NCBI GenBank assembly: GCA_964035545.1
Contig: OZ037766.1
Span: forward strand, 24,606,126-24,670,125
DNA from: Bugula neritina
Taxonomy: Eukaryota; Animalia; Bryozoa
Reading direction: 5' to 3'
DNA: 64,000 nucleotides
Shown here: positions 52,101 through 64,000 of the stretch, one piece after another
Layout of the letters: each line of letters starts with the position of its first letter
Numbering within the stretch: the first letter of the stretch is position 1
The notes under the pieces: model-generated
Seen by the model: the letters and a program-made list of their open reading frames with translations, nothing else
Told to the model about the DNA's origin: nothing
Databases searched by the model: none
Translations under genes and position numbers: made by a program

Positions 52101-54135
52101 TAGAAATTGCTTGATATAACTCTTAGAAGACAAAATCATAGTTAACAAATATGTTAAAGAGTTTGAAAAGCTAAGGTCAAACATTGTGTTAATAAATATT
52201 TTTATGTTTATATTTATGTTTATAATATTTATATTTCTATGAATTTGGCAGCTATTGATGTATCAGAATCTAGAAATGCTCCTCTCGAAAATATACTGTA
52301 AGCCTTGAAGGATTGCCAATTCACCAGTCTACTTTTGTAGGTAGAAGTCAAATTATATAAACGAGAGGGTATTCGGTGGAATGCTTTGGAGGCAGGATCT
52401 GACCTTGACACTCTGAAAACCTTTACAAAGACCCAACAGGGTTAGTCTCATTCTTGTCTCAATTTTATTTGACAGCTTGGGATTTATTAGAATATGCCTA
52501 ACATTAAAACCTGTGTGCTGGTAGAATAAACTTGTATGGAGCAGCTGTGGTGTAGTGGTTAGAGTGCTGGCCATACAAGGTCAGTGGTTTAATTTCAATC
52601 ACTGGTGGTGATGTTGGGAAGAACATCCAGTCATAATTGCCTCTGTGCCACAATAGAAGACAAGTTTGTTGCCTGCTTTAAAAAAACCTTTCATCAGAGA
52701 TGGTTATTATTATAAACTCTAGTGAGAGTAAGATAGAATTTCATAGCGGTATAAAAGTGTAAAGGCCTGGCCACACGTGAGAATCACACGAAACTCTTGT
52801 GACGATTTTCGTGAGTTATCTTTTGGTATTGTGATTATCACGACCGTGAGGTCAGGCCTTTAATAAGAAGAGTTATGTAAAGCTAAAGCTCTTCTGACCC
52901 TGGCCAATAAAGTGTCATCTAGTCTGACATGTTTGACTTTTATCATGGCCAAACAAATTCTGCTGATATGTTAATGACAAAAATGTTGAATTTTGAAATA
53001 TTTTCAAATGAATATGTTTTTGTGGACATTTTGTGACATTTTGTCTTCTTGTATTTTATATGTTTCTACAGTGAATGATGTTGAATGCAATTTTACTAAA
53101 GATCTCTATTTATTAACACAAGAACTGTTAAGTGATAGAAGATTGTAAGATTAATGTTGTATTCATAGATACGAGACCAATTGGTGACAGCAAATGGGAC
53201 AAATTGGCAGCACAGGCAGTAGAGGAAGAGAATGCCGAGCAGAAGGAAGGTGACGCTGCCTTGCAGAAACTATTTCAAGATATTTATAAAGATGGGAGTG
53301 ATGAGACTCGGAGGGCTATGAACAAATCATTTGTATGTTTAGTAATTACACACAATATTAATAGCTGATTGAAGGTTGAATTGTATTGTATTCACTTGTT
53401 TTGCTTAGACTGGGTAGACCTCATTTACTTGGACTGTACCTGTGTCTGTTACATTATAATTAAACCACCATCTCTAAATCATGGTTGATATTACCTTTTG
53501 AGCGTGATGAATTTATCCTCTCTCGTGTTGTGTAAATTACCTCAATATATTTAGCCTCTTTGCCTTCTATCTCCAGTTTTGTTATGGTTCTATCCCCAGA
53601 TAATGGTCTCACCCCACACACAGTACACACAGTAGCACACTGTAGTACACACTGTAGTATACACTGTAGTACACACTGTAGTACACGCAGTAGTACACTG
53701 TAGTACACACAGTAGCACACACTGTAGTACACACTGTAGTACACACTGTAGTACGCGCAGTAGTACACTGTAGTACACACAGTAGCACACACTGTAGTAC
53801 ACACTGTGGCACACACTGTGGCACACACTGTAGTACTTACAGTAGTACACACTGTAGTACACTGTAGTACACACAGTAGCACACACTGTAGTACACTGTA
53901 GTACACACAGTAGCACACACTGTAGTACACACTGTGGCACACACTGTAGTACTTACAGTAGTACACACTGTAGTATTTAGTGCTATTCAGCTACAATTGT
54001 CACAAATGGTCACAATCTATGTTACAGCAACAATCTGGGGGAACGGTTTTGAGCACTAACTGGGGAGATATTGGTAAAAAAGATGTAGAAGTGAAGCCCC
54101 CAGATGGTATGGAATACAAAACGTGGAGTCAGTGA
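40124..54135 (+). CDS. SUGT1: Protein SGT1 homolog (TPR-CS-SGS Hsp90 co-chaperone), 10 coding exons, 329 aa
   Basis: Exons 40124-40143, 47825-47873, 48324-48414, 49257-49400, 49843-49948, 50146-50242, 51340-51450, 52341-52440, 53169-53332, 54028-54135 = 990 nt, open. [18 protein letters not shown] (TPR), [31 protein letters not shown] (CS), [44 protein letters not shown] (SGS). Confidence 0.93.
40345..40666 (+). repeat. 5' LTR (322 bp)
   Basis: TGTATTGGT...ACCGATACA with short terminal inverted repeat; AATAAA at 40512 and 40587; direct repeat of 45944-46265. Confidence 0.95.
40690..45714 (+). CDS. BEL/Pao polyprotein: Gag, aspartic protease, C-terminal half of RNase H, integrase; no RT
   Basis: First ATG 40690. 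Gag core ([15 protein letters not shown]), three Cys/His knuckles (CFIH..H....C, CVRC...H....C, CSVC...HHVLLC), protease [11 protein letters not shown], Pao RNase H tail [26 protein letters not shown], integrase [25 protein letters not shown]-terminal GDVVVV..LARV..DGVVR. No YxDD motif. Confidence 0.92.
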   Translation: MDRQDIVNLKKQRTTLRSKVTMLTNLIESAISSSNSTQVECLRSQLESTYQEFLTIHYDFLEYVSSDESMEDIAYVNKMSPVEYYQAVKASYDKAISDCNTWHSKFYKIKHSLILAIKKANGLVTDCTDNTLITEHHRKCVALSESLADTIGFSDLLLELDEVILSLDYCMSKFTLMSKAQSQSMSFEHRESDPSVVRSGPAESGVGGGSPSDGASHAPTMVASSRLFSSRSHPSTHEATLAPNPGVTASGSDRQVLREDHTSGEALASNPGVIASTNVRDVRFSSFSVRDLHGSPDRAAHSEFLIRGATSSVVNAYDSYPNGTSQISYDSRHTSGNNFNSSIHKTHSQPKPFNGTRYYWPEFRSVWLRYATMFYDDVDRACELKKFLTGEALEMVQPIFATQPQAYERMMCRLEEVYNDPSMSVQAVFNNLQELKPVKEGDARELVKMANAVESSYSQLGEVGLLQTVTLPQVDTLANLLPTSIRRDWDRHFHSLTHEERIKPFPHLMRFLEQERQIALRRIETVNPQSSSMHKQKVKMFHAESSGPKSSSNRSTNNSKIIDSKNYCFIHCSKRHCLVECRNFLALSVEERYKLIKTNSLCVRCLGAHEPKRCPNFRTPCSVCDKTTHHVLLCIKSAETNTHTNCNTNKNKLKADQIKHKSNENSETPAVSTTVHVSPNHGAHNHPGNATVFAIQQAQVVGTSHTAIIFFDGGSNASFISERAAKAWDARQIDKVNLEMNTLGEHEVSETSTIYEVKLQTPKGRTFAILAYSLRKLTGAINRPLDANILKSLFPKVDTHKLLKKTGPIDLLIGNDLLGLHPKHQVDQAGPHLYVYSGPFGLCVQGSHPALSNFSTLPSSSFHVQATMAHEKLEEVEFTQSIHNDTLNSCDFELSTVSTPTYSVNSPDASPSQFAKSFSRPQTIINYGESHTIATECGMIESADDSDPLQSPGDPDTESAGQIGSGQLNRSLEVNDSMSMSVEIKRKYEFTSSTSITQSTPVPANERAESKATAKGVNKATAKCRIAPIKQQLKIPQLELNAAVWSKRGRQVIKTEMRYEFEKVYQLINSKTVLKMFQKKSTRFHVYEGVRIGEIQGATNGDMSCWHWVSGKENTADWLTRGKPVNDIGPESEWWRGPNFLYLPEDQWDIKSPSDSNELVFGEKKIVYTVTASTEVQSFIKYENFSSLKSLTWTIARVCNIFKYKSFKGIQSDLITVEDLRQTKLYLLKQVQRTIDSELSKIKEKYTRLHPIKTESEVWIVGSRLLRHNPMTAIKTHTQSIFPTSHYFTYLAMRQAHINSYHRGRDATLARFREEFWTMQGSKVARGIVTSCQMCRLKQPRFTDQLMGSLPTERLTTGPPFNNVMIDLFGPYIVRGEKQTRTSSKAYEVIFTDISSRAAHIEAVFGYDSDSFLLALTRFVNIRGWPSKIYSDPGTQLAGAEKELKDMWRRMDKDSIKKTSAENGLQWEFGPGDSPWYQGAAESLIKAVKRCFTFSKSNRRLSPTEFLTICTEAANTLNERPLGLLPDSDSEINILTPNCQLIGRPFIKNPGNWNTDYSLRGRLALVNTVSDDFWRKWTELYAPTLIHHQKWHTPRRNFQVGDVVVVMDPNQLRNQYKLARVHQVYPSKDGVVRKVAFSYKNYKVAGKLRDYVGCKDNIITRSVHRLALLTEVNP
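45944..46265 (+). repeat. 3' LTR (322 bp)
   Basis: Direct repeat of 40345-40666, followed by TSD ATAAG. Confidence 0.95.
48141..48341 (+). repeat. 43-bp tandem repeat (~5 units) spanning the SUGT1 intron 2/exon 3 junction
   Basis: Unit GCATGTGTTTTAG|CACTACACTGATGCTATTCTAGCTCTATTA; AG ends at 48151, 48194, 48237, 48280, 48323. Confidence 0.93.
52539..52722 (+). mobile_element. tRNA-derived SINE-like repeat, family 1 (inverted copy at ~59070-59180)
   Basis: GAGCAGCTGTGGTGTAGTGGTTAGAGTG head; GGAAGAACATCCAGTCATAATTGC body. Confidence 0.7.
52762..52860. mobile_element. 99-bp MITE in SUGT1 intron 8
   Basis: TIR AAGGCCTGGCCACACG / CGTGAGGTCAGGCCTT, TA on both sides; absent at the equivalent site of the inverted duplicate (~59012). 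Confidence 0.75.
53618..53974. repeat. (GTAGTACACACT)n-type minisatellite in SUGT1 intron 9
   Basis: 10-12-mer units seen directly; inverted remnant at ~58322-58424. Confidence 0.93.
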
Positions 54136-56724
54136 AGCATGCCCTCCATCCTGTAACCAACAATACTGTATAAGTGATGCATCCTGAACATGCCTGCTTT
54201 TCTATCTTCAAGTGTTGCTAAACAATACCTATTCAATCCAATAGTTTGGCTGTTAGCTCTTTACATTACATACTATTTAGTGCAACTAGCTACAGGTTGT
54301 CTATTAAACCATCATATTCCAAGTGTACACTTACTACAGCATATGGCTGTACACTTACTACAGCATATGGCAGTACACTGTTTCTTTGATCTTTGATACA
54401 GAGTCTGGTGTCATTGGTTGTGTTATGTTAATAGTGTAAAGTTCTCTTAAAATGAAAGATTTTCAGTGTGTTTTTAATGTAATATTTTAGCTAAATTTGC
54501 TGCAAGTTGTCCTTAAAGCCTGCTGTGGATTTTATGTATATAGTTTTCACAATTTTACCTTCTCAGCTAGTAGTATTGTTGCCATTTACCACTTAGGTAT
54601 GTGTGTTTGTTACCTAACAGAAGTCTATATCTGCTGTGACGTGACATGACCTACTAGTGTTAACGGGTTCAATTGCCACAACCATATTGAGCTGATGATA
54701 TTTTTTAAGAAGCTTTAGGATTATACAAAAAGGTCTTCTATTGTATGCTATATAGTGTTTACACTTGGTTATGTATGACTAATACAAAGTGATTTTTTGT
54801 TTTCAAGTATTAAATGAAATATGGAAATACAAAACCAGTGATGATATTTAAATTATTGAGTAAGTTAGGCCACTTGACTGCTAAATGTTTGTAATGTTTC
54901 TTTAACAAACTCCACTTGCAACATAAAGCTGCATTGTTCAAACTTTAATGTATTAGTAAAGATTTTGCATTGCAAAATAACATAACTAATAGAAGGAAAG
55001 TTGTATTAGCTTATAATATCCTGATGAGATAAGCTTGTGCCACCATTCATAGTTGTTTCAATTCATTTAGAGCCAAAGTAAAAACAATAACTATTGTCTT
55101 TGTTTTATAAACAATTTGATGACAAATTTTAACATAGAATGCACATTCATTATAGTTACATGGCCTACAGCATACTAGACATAAATTTAGTCTCATTTCT
55201 TGTATAACCTACAGACTGCACATATTAACATCATAAACTCTCACGAACCTGTAAAACTTGCTACACTGTGAAAAGTTGTACCACACAAACCTAATAGGAG
55301 AAGAAAGGTTTCAGAAGGTAAAATGTTTTAAAAGTATTTATTAGGACTAAATTATTGACTATAAGAATCATTTAATAATTGGCTGCTTTTTAGCACCATG
55401 ACTTCACCGACCATGAAATTTTTGTAAACTGCTGCGCCTTGTAAATTTTCTTTTCAGTAGCCATATTGAAAAGTCACTGATTCAAGGTCTTATCGAAAAA
55501 TTGATGCAATAGTTATCCCACTTTATAGTTGGTAAAATGGCTAATTGCTTTTTGGACTTCTGTAGTGTCTGGAGTTGAAATGAAGTGGATTGTGTTACTA
55601 CTAGTGTGTTTGCAAATTATAACAGCAGCATGGCTGAGATACCCCTTTTCATGGCTAAACTTGACTCCCCAAAAGTGTAAATCTCGGCATTGCTTCTACT
55701 CAAGAAATGTGTAAGTAAAAGAAGCTACAAGAACAAGTAGTTTTGCTTATAATTGCCATATATAATAGGCAACATATATGCAAAATAAATATTGGAATAT
55801 TTTTTATTGGAAAATTAAATAAATTTAAAATTTCTTGCTTGAATTTCAAAGCAGTAGGCTAAAGGTTATGTTAGTGGAGTAGTGGAGAAACTGAGAAATC
55901 AAGAAATTATGACTGGATGCTGTCCCTAACATCACATCTACTTTGATTTGAAGCTGAAACTTTGTTTTACTAAGCCAGTGCTCTAACCACTAGATCATAG
56001 TTGATAATAATAATATAATGCCTAACTAATGCACAATAATGATATTAATAACTATATCGTCAACAAATACAATGGCTATAATGTAAAAGTCCCACATACA
56101 TGTACAGTTAGTATTTCTGAAACTATATCTTAATTGGTAACCCATATGTTGAAAATTATTACTTTTTATGATTGTAGTAATCTGAACCAGCTGCAATGTT
56201 TTAAAGGTTGCCGTTGTAGCCAAGGCAATGTTTGCACTAGTATATAGACAATCATCTCAAGACATAATAGGAAAGGGTGATTGCATAGCACATATTACAT
56301 AATATAAATATACATATATGATATATGAACATTATATGTTATTTAATACAAACATACTTTTATTGTTTTGTTGCCAAATCCATCTGGCAATGTTCTTTGT
56401 TATGTTATAATCATTTTTAATGTTTTTGGTAATCAGCTAAGTTGGTATTAGCTATATAACATTATTGTAACATTATTCAGTCTCACTGGTTTATTGCAAG
56501 GCAAAGTTGCAAAGCTGCAATGTACGTAAGAGTAAGCACAGTGGCCTTTTTTTAACTTGCATTAGCAATAATTTTCTTGTTGCAATGTTTTAAACAAGAT
56601 TAGTTTTTATCTGCATGACCCGCTAAAGTAGTATAATACAGTTTGATTTAATAGAGATGTTTGCTGTATACTCTTACTGAATATACATAGTAATAGTTAT
56701 TGAACTAACAAAATTGATCACCAA

Positions 56725-58312
56725 GTTTGCTTGCTTACTTACTATAATTTTAGCCATTGATATATAAAATATGAGATCCATTAATAAAGCAACAAAGTCA
56801 CCTTTCATCTGCATGTCATATACAAAATGTTTTAGCTTTGCTTGGGCATTTTAGAGATTATTGAAGAAATGTATTGCTACTTGATTGCAAAAACATAGCA
56901 TCTGTAGTTTACAACAGTTTCAAGCAAATTCTACACAGCGTGACTGACATACTGATTTCAGAGCCGAATTGACGAAGAAGTTACGTCACTTCTGCATCAA
57001 ACTAATTGTTTTGAAGCTGATAATAATTTAAAATTATCTTTATACTTGTTTAGTAGTAAGTTTAATAAAGATAACATATAGTTGGTTCAGAGGATTTTTA
57101 GCTTGTAGAGTAAAATATGTTTAACTTTAGATAACTCGAGCAAGTTTATAGTCGCTATCCCTGTGAGAAGCCCCTGATAGAAAGGGTTTTTGTTAAAGCA
57201 GGCTAAGAACTTATTTATATGAGGCACAGGAGCAATTATGACTGGATGCTCTTCCTAACACCACATCACCAATGGCCTTTGTCCAGGCTCGAACCTATGA
57301 CCTTCGTGTTTACTAGGCAAACACTCTAACCCCTAGACCACGACTGCTCCCTATGCTTAACTTTAGATATTTTTCATCAAAGAGCATACATTATATTAAC
57401 ACATTCAATCTCTATTAGCTACGATACAGTCATTTATAGTACGGCAAACTTTGTACTTTGAAACAGATAATTGTTATAATTTTTAGTAAAATTTCTATAT
57501 ATGTTCTAAAATAAAAATACAAATATTTTGCTATATATTCAGCTAAATATAACAAATAATTAACTTTTGCTGATCAAGATTTGAAAAACCACTAACCAAC
57601 GTATATATCTGCTAAACTAATAATTCAAATACTATTTATGGTTATCAAATCTATTTCACAGCAAAAACCAAAACCATGCTGGATGATGAACACATATAAA
57701 AATAGCTATGAGCAAAATGAAACTCATTAATATAATTTAGGTATAACTATATAAAACAGACAACTTGCGTCAACAGTTCTTTCAACATGGAATAGATAGG
57801 CACTTAAATTCATGGAAGATACATTAGATGCACTACCAAAAAAGAATAAAGATATTTATGTGAATGTTTTTCACCAATTTTGGCTGTGATAATAATTTAT
57901 GAAGAAAGTCATGTCATTATAGACATGGTTATAATTATATGAGAACTTATGTTAGAGAAATTTATATAATATATGATAACTGTTGCAATAATTTTAATAA
58001 TATAAATATGAACTTATTTTTATCCACATTGTCTGCGCATACATACGTAAATGTCAAAAGTGGGTGAAATTTCTTGTGATCACAGTTGCTTTTCTATATT
58101 TTATAGCAACACATAGTGAACACAATAAAACTCAATCATGATACTTTTTATTTAGAAGTGAGTAACTACACAGAACTTTCATCTGAGAGTTATATAGGTC
58201 AGCTTTCATGCTTAATGCGTGACTTCCTAACTTGTAGGCTTGCTGTGTCAACATTAAAGCTTCATCTGGGGAGTAAAAATTTTATTCACACAATATTTCA
58301 TCAATTAAATTT
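56725..58312. repeat. Left arm of long diverged inverted repeat (partner ~60266-61563)
   Basis: Collinear reverse-complement matches, e.g. GAAGTTACGTCACTTCTGCATCAAACT (~56977) vs ~61307-61333; GACAACTTGCGTCAA vs TTGACGCAAGTTGTC; TGACTTCCTAACTT vs AAGTTAGGAAGTCA. Confidence 0.88.
57149..57349 (-). mobile_element. tRNA-derived SINE-like repeat, family 1
   Basis: Reverse complement GAGCAGTCGTGGTCTAGGGGTTAGAG..GGTTCGAGCC; present in only one arm of the inverted repeat. Confidence 0.75.
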
Positions 58313-58319
58313 GTAGACT

Positions 58320-59806
58320 AATGTGTGCTACTGTGTGTTATAATACTGTGTGTACTACAGTGTGTACTACAGTGTGTACTTATACAGTGTGTACAAAAGC
58401 GTGTACTATAGAGTGTGTACTACCATATATAGGCCTGTAGGGCGAGCCCAATGGTCTGGGGTTAAAGCCACAACAAAGCCATGGAGATAGAAGTCAAAGG
58501 GGCTAAATATATTGAGGTAATTTACAAATTAAAAGAGAGGATAAATTTATCTCACTCAAAAGGTAATATCAACCATGACTTGGAGATGATTTTTCAATTA
58601 TAATTTAGTTTAGTTTAATTTAATCTAATTATAGTTTACATGATTTACTATAGTGGCATGTGAGTTGAAGGTACAGCCCAGGTAGATGCAGTTTACTCAT
58701 TTTATATACAAAACAAGTGAATACAATACAATTCAACTTTCAATCAGCTACTATAATAAATAGAGAGATTTGGTAATTGTATTCAACACGATGCACTGTG
58801 GAAACATATAAAATGCAAGAAGACAAAATTTCTACAAAAACATATCTTTTTAATTAAGCATATTTCAAAGTTCAGCATTTTTGTCAATAATTCAAAAGAT
58901 TGAAAATCAGCAGAACTTGCTTGATCATGATAAAAGTCAAACATGTCAGACCAGATAAAAGCTTATTGGCCGGAGTTAAAGAAGACTTTTAGTTTTACAT
59001 AACTCCTCTTATTTATACTGTTGTACTCCTGTAAAATTGTACCTAACTCTCACAAAAGTTTATATTAACCATCCCTGATGAAAGGTCTTTTCAAATCATG
59101 CTAAAGACTATTTATGCTATTGAACCACTGACCTTGTGTACTATAGGCCAGCACTCTAACCACTACAGCACACCTGCTCCATACAAGTTTATTTTACCAG
59201 CACACAGGTTTTAATGCTAGGCATATTTTAATAAATCCCAAGCTGTCAAATTTTATTGAGACAAGAATGAGACTAACCCTGGTGGGTCTTTGTGAACGTT
59301 TTCAGAGTGTCAAGGTCAGATCCTGTCTCCAAAGCATTCCACAGAATACCCTTTCGTTTATATGACTTCTACCTACAAGAGTAGACTGGCGAATTGGCAA
59401 TCCTTCAACAGTATACTTCAAGAGAAAAAGTTTTACTCTCATTATTGAAACATTATTAGATTCTGAGATATCAAAATCTTCTAAATTCACAAAAATATAA
59501 ATATTGATTTATAAACACAATTGCTTAAACTCTTAGCACATTTCTTAGCTATGGTATTTTCTTCTTACAGAAAAATCGAAATGGTTTAAAGTAGCATTTT
59601 AGCAAATTGTTTCCAAGCCTAGTAACCAGACATGCAGTTGTCAACATCAGCGCTGCACACTTTTCTTTACTACTTAGGTTTATGCAACAATATATGAGCT
59701 AACCATGAAACAGCTTTACATAGGCAGCAATGCAAGAATCCTGTATTTGGAAATATTGCAGAATTTTAACATATCTCATATATTGTTTCTTTTACAACAT
59801 TCCCTG

Positions 59807-59808
<2 letters not shown>
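58320..59808 (-). pseudogene. Inverted, decayed partial duplicate of SUGT1 (source ~51932-53700: intron 7, exon 8, intron 8, intron 9)
   Basis: Reverse complement aligns to the source. Exon-8 copy (~59280-59372) has a ~5-nt frameshifting deletion; the segment holding exon 9 (~53115-53360) is absent; the SINE and minisatellite are co-copied. Confidence 0.88.
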
Positions 59809-60210
<402 letters not shown>

Positions 60211-60265
60211 CTTTCACAGAGGGTTCCAAGCTAATAATGTTATAGGACCAAAATGTTTTGTGGAA

Positions 60266-61563
60266 AATTTTTTGTGAAATAGTTTGTGATTAAAATGCTT
60301 ATTTTCAACATGAAACTTTAATGTTTACACAGTAAGCTGGAAAGTTAGGAAGTCATATATTATGTATATAACTCTCAAATGAAATTTTCCTGTGATCATA
60401 TATTCACCTCTAAAAATATCAGGACTAAGTTTTATTGTGTTCATTGGTTCTCTATAAAGTATAGAAAAACAATTTTGATAAGACAGTTTACCCACTTTTG
60501 ACATTTATGCATGTATATTTCAACACTCTCATGTATGCTCAGACGACATGGATAAAAATAAGTACATATTTTTGTTATTGACATTATTGCAAAAGTTCTC
60601 CTATTATATAAATTTCTCTAATTGAGTTGTCATATAATTAGAACTATATGTCTTGGGTATGGTTTTCTTCATAAATTCTTATCACAGCCAGAACTGGATT
60701 ATCAAAACATTCAAACAAATAACTTTATCTTTTTATGGTAATGCAACTAATGTATCTTCCATGAGTTTAAGTGTTCATCTATTCTATGTTGCAGAACGTT
60801 TGACGCAAGTTGTCTGTTTTATATAGTTATACCGAAATCATAATAATTTTAATTTTGCTCATAACTATTTTTATGTGTTTTATTATTCAGTATTGGCTTT
60901 GGGTTTTGCTGTGAAAAAGATTTAATAATCATAAATAGTATTTACATTATTTGTCTACCAGATATATGCGTTGGTTGGTGGCTTTTCAAAACTTGATTAG
61001 CACAAGTTTTATTGGCTAGTCACCTAAATAGTAACACATTCATATTTTTATTCCAGAACCTCGAAATTTTACTAAAAAGTATAATAATTATCTGTTTCAA
61101 AGGACAAAGTTTGCAGAATAAATGATTGTATCAGAGCTGATAGAGATTGAATGAGTTATTTAATGCTTTTAAATAAAAAAAAACCTCAAGTCAAACATAT
61201 ACTTTATAAGCTAAAGATACTGTGAATCAACTCTGTGCTTTCTTTATTAAACAATACTAAACATAAGTAAAGATAATTTCAAAGGTGATCAGCTTCAAAA
61301 TAACGAGTTTGATGCAGAAGTGACGTAACTTCCTCCTTTACTTAGCTCTGAAACAAGAATGCTATAGCACACTGCATATAACATTTGCTTGAATTGCTGT
61401 TGCAAACATAGAATGCTACTTTCTGCTATCATATGCACAACATTACATTTATGCAATAGTTCCTAAAATGCCAAAGCAAAGCCAAAACATCTTATATAAA
61501 ATATACAGATGAAAGTTGACGTATCACAAATATCATGTCTAATACTATAATAAGCAAGCAAAC
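60266..61563. repeat. Right arm of long diverged inverted repeat (partner ~56725-58312)
   Basis: Reverse complement of the left arm, lacking the SINE at 57149-57349. Confidence 0.88.
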
Positions 61564-61724
61564 CTTACCACTCTTCTGTAAACTGCACTGTATTTCTTTT
61601 TTTATCTTTGATACTTTAAAACCTTCAATATGCATGTGTTTCTGCACATTCGCTTTCTTTGCCATATACTTATGTGCTGATTTAAAAGCGTTGTAATTTT
61701 GGAGGTCAACATTTATAAACTTTA

Positions 61725-61806
61725 ACTAAAGGGATTCCAAACTGTTATACTGTCAAATTCTACCATGGTAGAATTTGACAGTATAACAGTTTGGAATCCC
61801 TTTAGT
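61725..61806. repeat. 82-bp perfect spacer-less palindrome
   Basis: ACTAAAGGGATTCCAAACTGTTATACTGTCAAATTCTACCA|TGGTAGAATTTGACAGTATAACAGTTTGGAATCCCTTTAGT; centre 61765/61766. Confidence 0.97.
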
Positions 61807-64000
61807 AAATGCATTTACTAATAATATTTTGATTTTTGTTTTTCTAAGATGTTAATGGCAAATATGAAAATGGCAAAGCAAATAATTTGTTGAAGTGCAG
61901 ATTTTTAAGTTATATATAGGCTTCAATTTAGAAAACAAAACAATTCCTATATTGCTGTAATTCCATAGCTTGGGGAAAGCTCTAAAAACTAAATATTTTT
62001 TGGTGAAATTAGTTAACAGTAGGTGATGAATTTCAAAACTTTAGTTGATATAATACTGGTGTTGTTGAATTGAGGGTGAAATAGTCTTTATTGCATTTGA
62101 CATAAAAAAAAGATTAAATTGCTTTAAAATAAAAACACTAGTGTCAAACACTATTTTTCCAATCTTCTCAAAAAGATTCTTCATTTGATGTTTGAAAATA
62201 ATTCCACCAAATGAAGCCACAACCATGATAGTTGTTAATGTAAATCGCCACCACATAAGTGATTATTGTTGTGTTGAAGGCTGATATAAACAACTGTTTG
62301 TTTTTGTAAATTCTTATATCAACTACATAGTGTTGAGACTACCAAGTAATCCCTGTGGTGTAATGATTATAATTAAAAGCCCATGCAATGTGCTTGCAAG
62401 CAGGGGACTTGGGTTCGAATTCCAGTGGAGGCATATATTTTATACTAACAAGCTTAGGCAGCCTTTAACAACCTGACAACAGGTATGCTGGCTATATAAG
62501 TGCATTTACTAAAAGGGTGAAGGTTTGGTGCGTGAATAAAGTCCATGCAGCAGAACCTAACTCAGAAAGTGGATAAATTTGTTGATAATTTAAGTTTAAT
62601 CATTTCATTTAATTTATTTCTGCACAAAATCAAACTGAGAAAAATTGACAGCAACCAGCTTTCCGCTTCAAAATGCTGAGCTGTCAACAAGTTTAATGAT
62701 CGTACAAGATCTATGTCTGATTAATAAAAAAACACTGACAATATGACAGGCTGACCTACGTAGCCTACTCTATAGCCAAAAACTATTATATTCTATAGTT
62801 AGCCCCATATTTATTGTTTGACGCACAATTTCGGCTTGCAATTTCCATTAGTTGGTTGTCTATAATTAGCAGGATAACAGTGAAATCCTGATGAATTAGA
62901 ATTCTATTTAATGGGGCTTCAAATTAGAATACCATGCAGTCACTTTTGAGAATATATAAGTTCTGGTTTTTAGCACTAAGCTGTTATTCAAATTGAGGAT
63001 TTGAACTATAAAGTGGAACTTTTTGATTCATGCATTTATGAATTTCAGTAAAGTTTCATCTATCTCTATCATGACGAGCTTTGCATATTTGCTTTCTCAG
63101 GTAAGTGTAATGTAACTTTGTAGACAATAAGAAGCTGTTCTGATTAAAATAGGCATCTTTATACAAAATGTGATAACAAAATTTCATTAAATCAAAAATC
63201 AACAAACATTTTTTAACTCATATTTTAAATTCACATTGTGCACCTGAAACTTTTTCAGACTTTAGACGACACAGAACATTAATTAACTACGTGTTTGTCA
63301 GCTTTTAAACTATTTCTAGTTATATATGTATCTTTATTATTATCTACATGCATGATGATTATATAATAAATAATATAGTTGATGTTGGTGGTAACATATA
63401 ATGTAAAACTATATATATAGTGTAAACAAATAATTTATCCTACAAAGTATAGCACAAAAGAATAGGGATGAAAAGCTATGTAGAAATGTTAGAAGTATGA
63501 GTGTGAATTAAATACACAGGCGATTGGTCCGGGGGAAATACTCTGTTAAAAGTTTTAAAGGCTGTTTTGAAAACCATATTCTGCTGGTTAGTTAATCTGA
63601 GATGTGCATGATATCTAAATATAGCCTCTAGATTGACTTTCATCAAATGCTTAATCATTTTTCTGGCTACCATTATTTGCTTTCTATTTCAGACGATTTT
63701 GATCTTAACCTGCTTAGCAGTTCAGAGTGCCTCATCAACCAATGCTGTCTATGACAGGTGAATATATACTTATACTACGCCTATGAAAAATAAAAGTGTT
63801 TTTTAAACACAAAAGCATATAGTAATGTAGCCCATTATAGCTTTTATCTTTTGAGTTTATGCTTGCTTTTGGGAAAATGAACAGAATATTATTCTTCAAA
63901 TATGATTAAACCTAAAAATAACTTAAACTTAAATGAAAATATAATAACGCTGGATAATTTGACCAAAACACATCTCAGACGGTAGCATAAATATTATAAT

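Noticed and set aside
62600-64000. Possible exon near 63100 (TCTCAG|GTAAGT)
   Set aside because: Isolated donor-like site with no recognisable ORF; may belong to a gene beyond the window.

Overview
AT-rich, intron-rich animal (invertebrate-like) genomic DNA. Left to right: (1) two tandem DEG/ENaC (ASIC-like) channel paralogues on + (copy A 5'-truncated by the window edge, 837-5692; copy B complete, 9122-17687, 519 aa). Both have a G-W-T instead of G-x-S filter, a very short finger domain and reshuffled cysteines; copy B also has QG instead of HG. (2) Two tandem 8-exon BHMT-family (homocysteine S-methyltransferase) genes on - (19902-26592, 29480-36770) with patchy exon homogenisation. (3) SUGT1/SGT1 on + (40124-54135, 10 coding exons, 329 aa). 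Its first intron holds a very recent BEL/Pao LTR retrotransposon (40345-46265; LTRs identical by eye, 322 bp; ATAAG TSD) whose intact ORF lacks reverse transcriptase. It has no tRNA primer-binding site but a 12-nt LTR-complementary sequence in that position, resembling Tf1-type self-priming. (4) A ~4.8-kb inverted repeat whose loop is an inverted, decayed SUGT1 fragment, followed by an 82-bp perfect palindrome. tRNA-derived SINE-like repeats, MITEs and long microsatellites are scattered throughout. Exon models were built by hand from GT-AG sites, reading phase and family motifs; no database search was possible.
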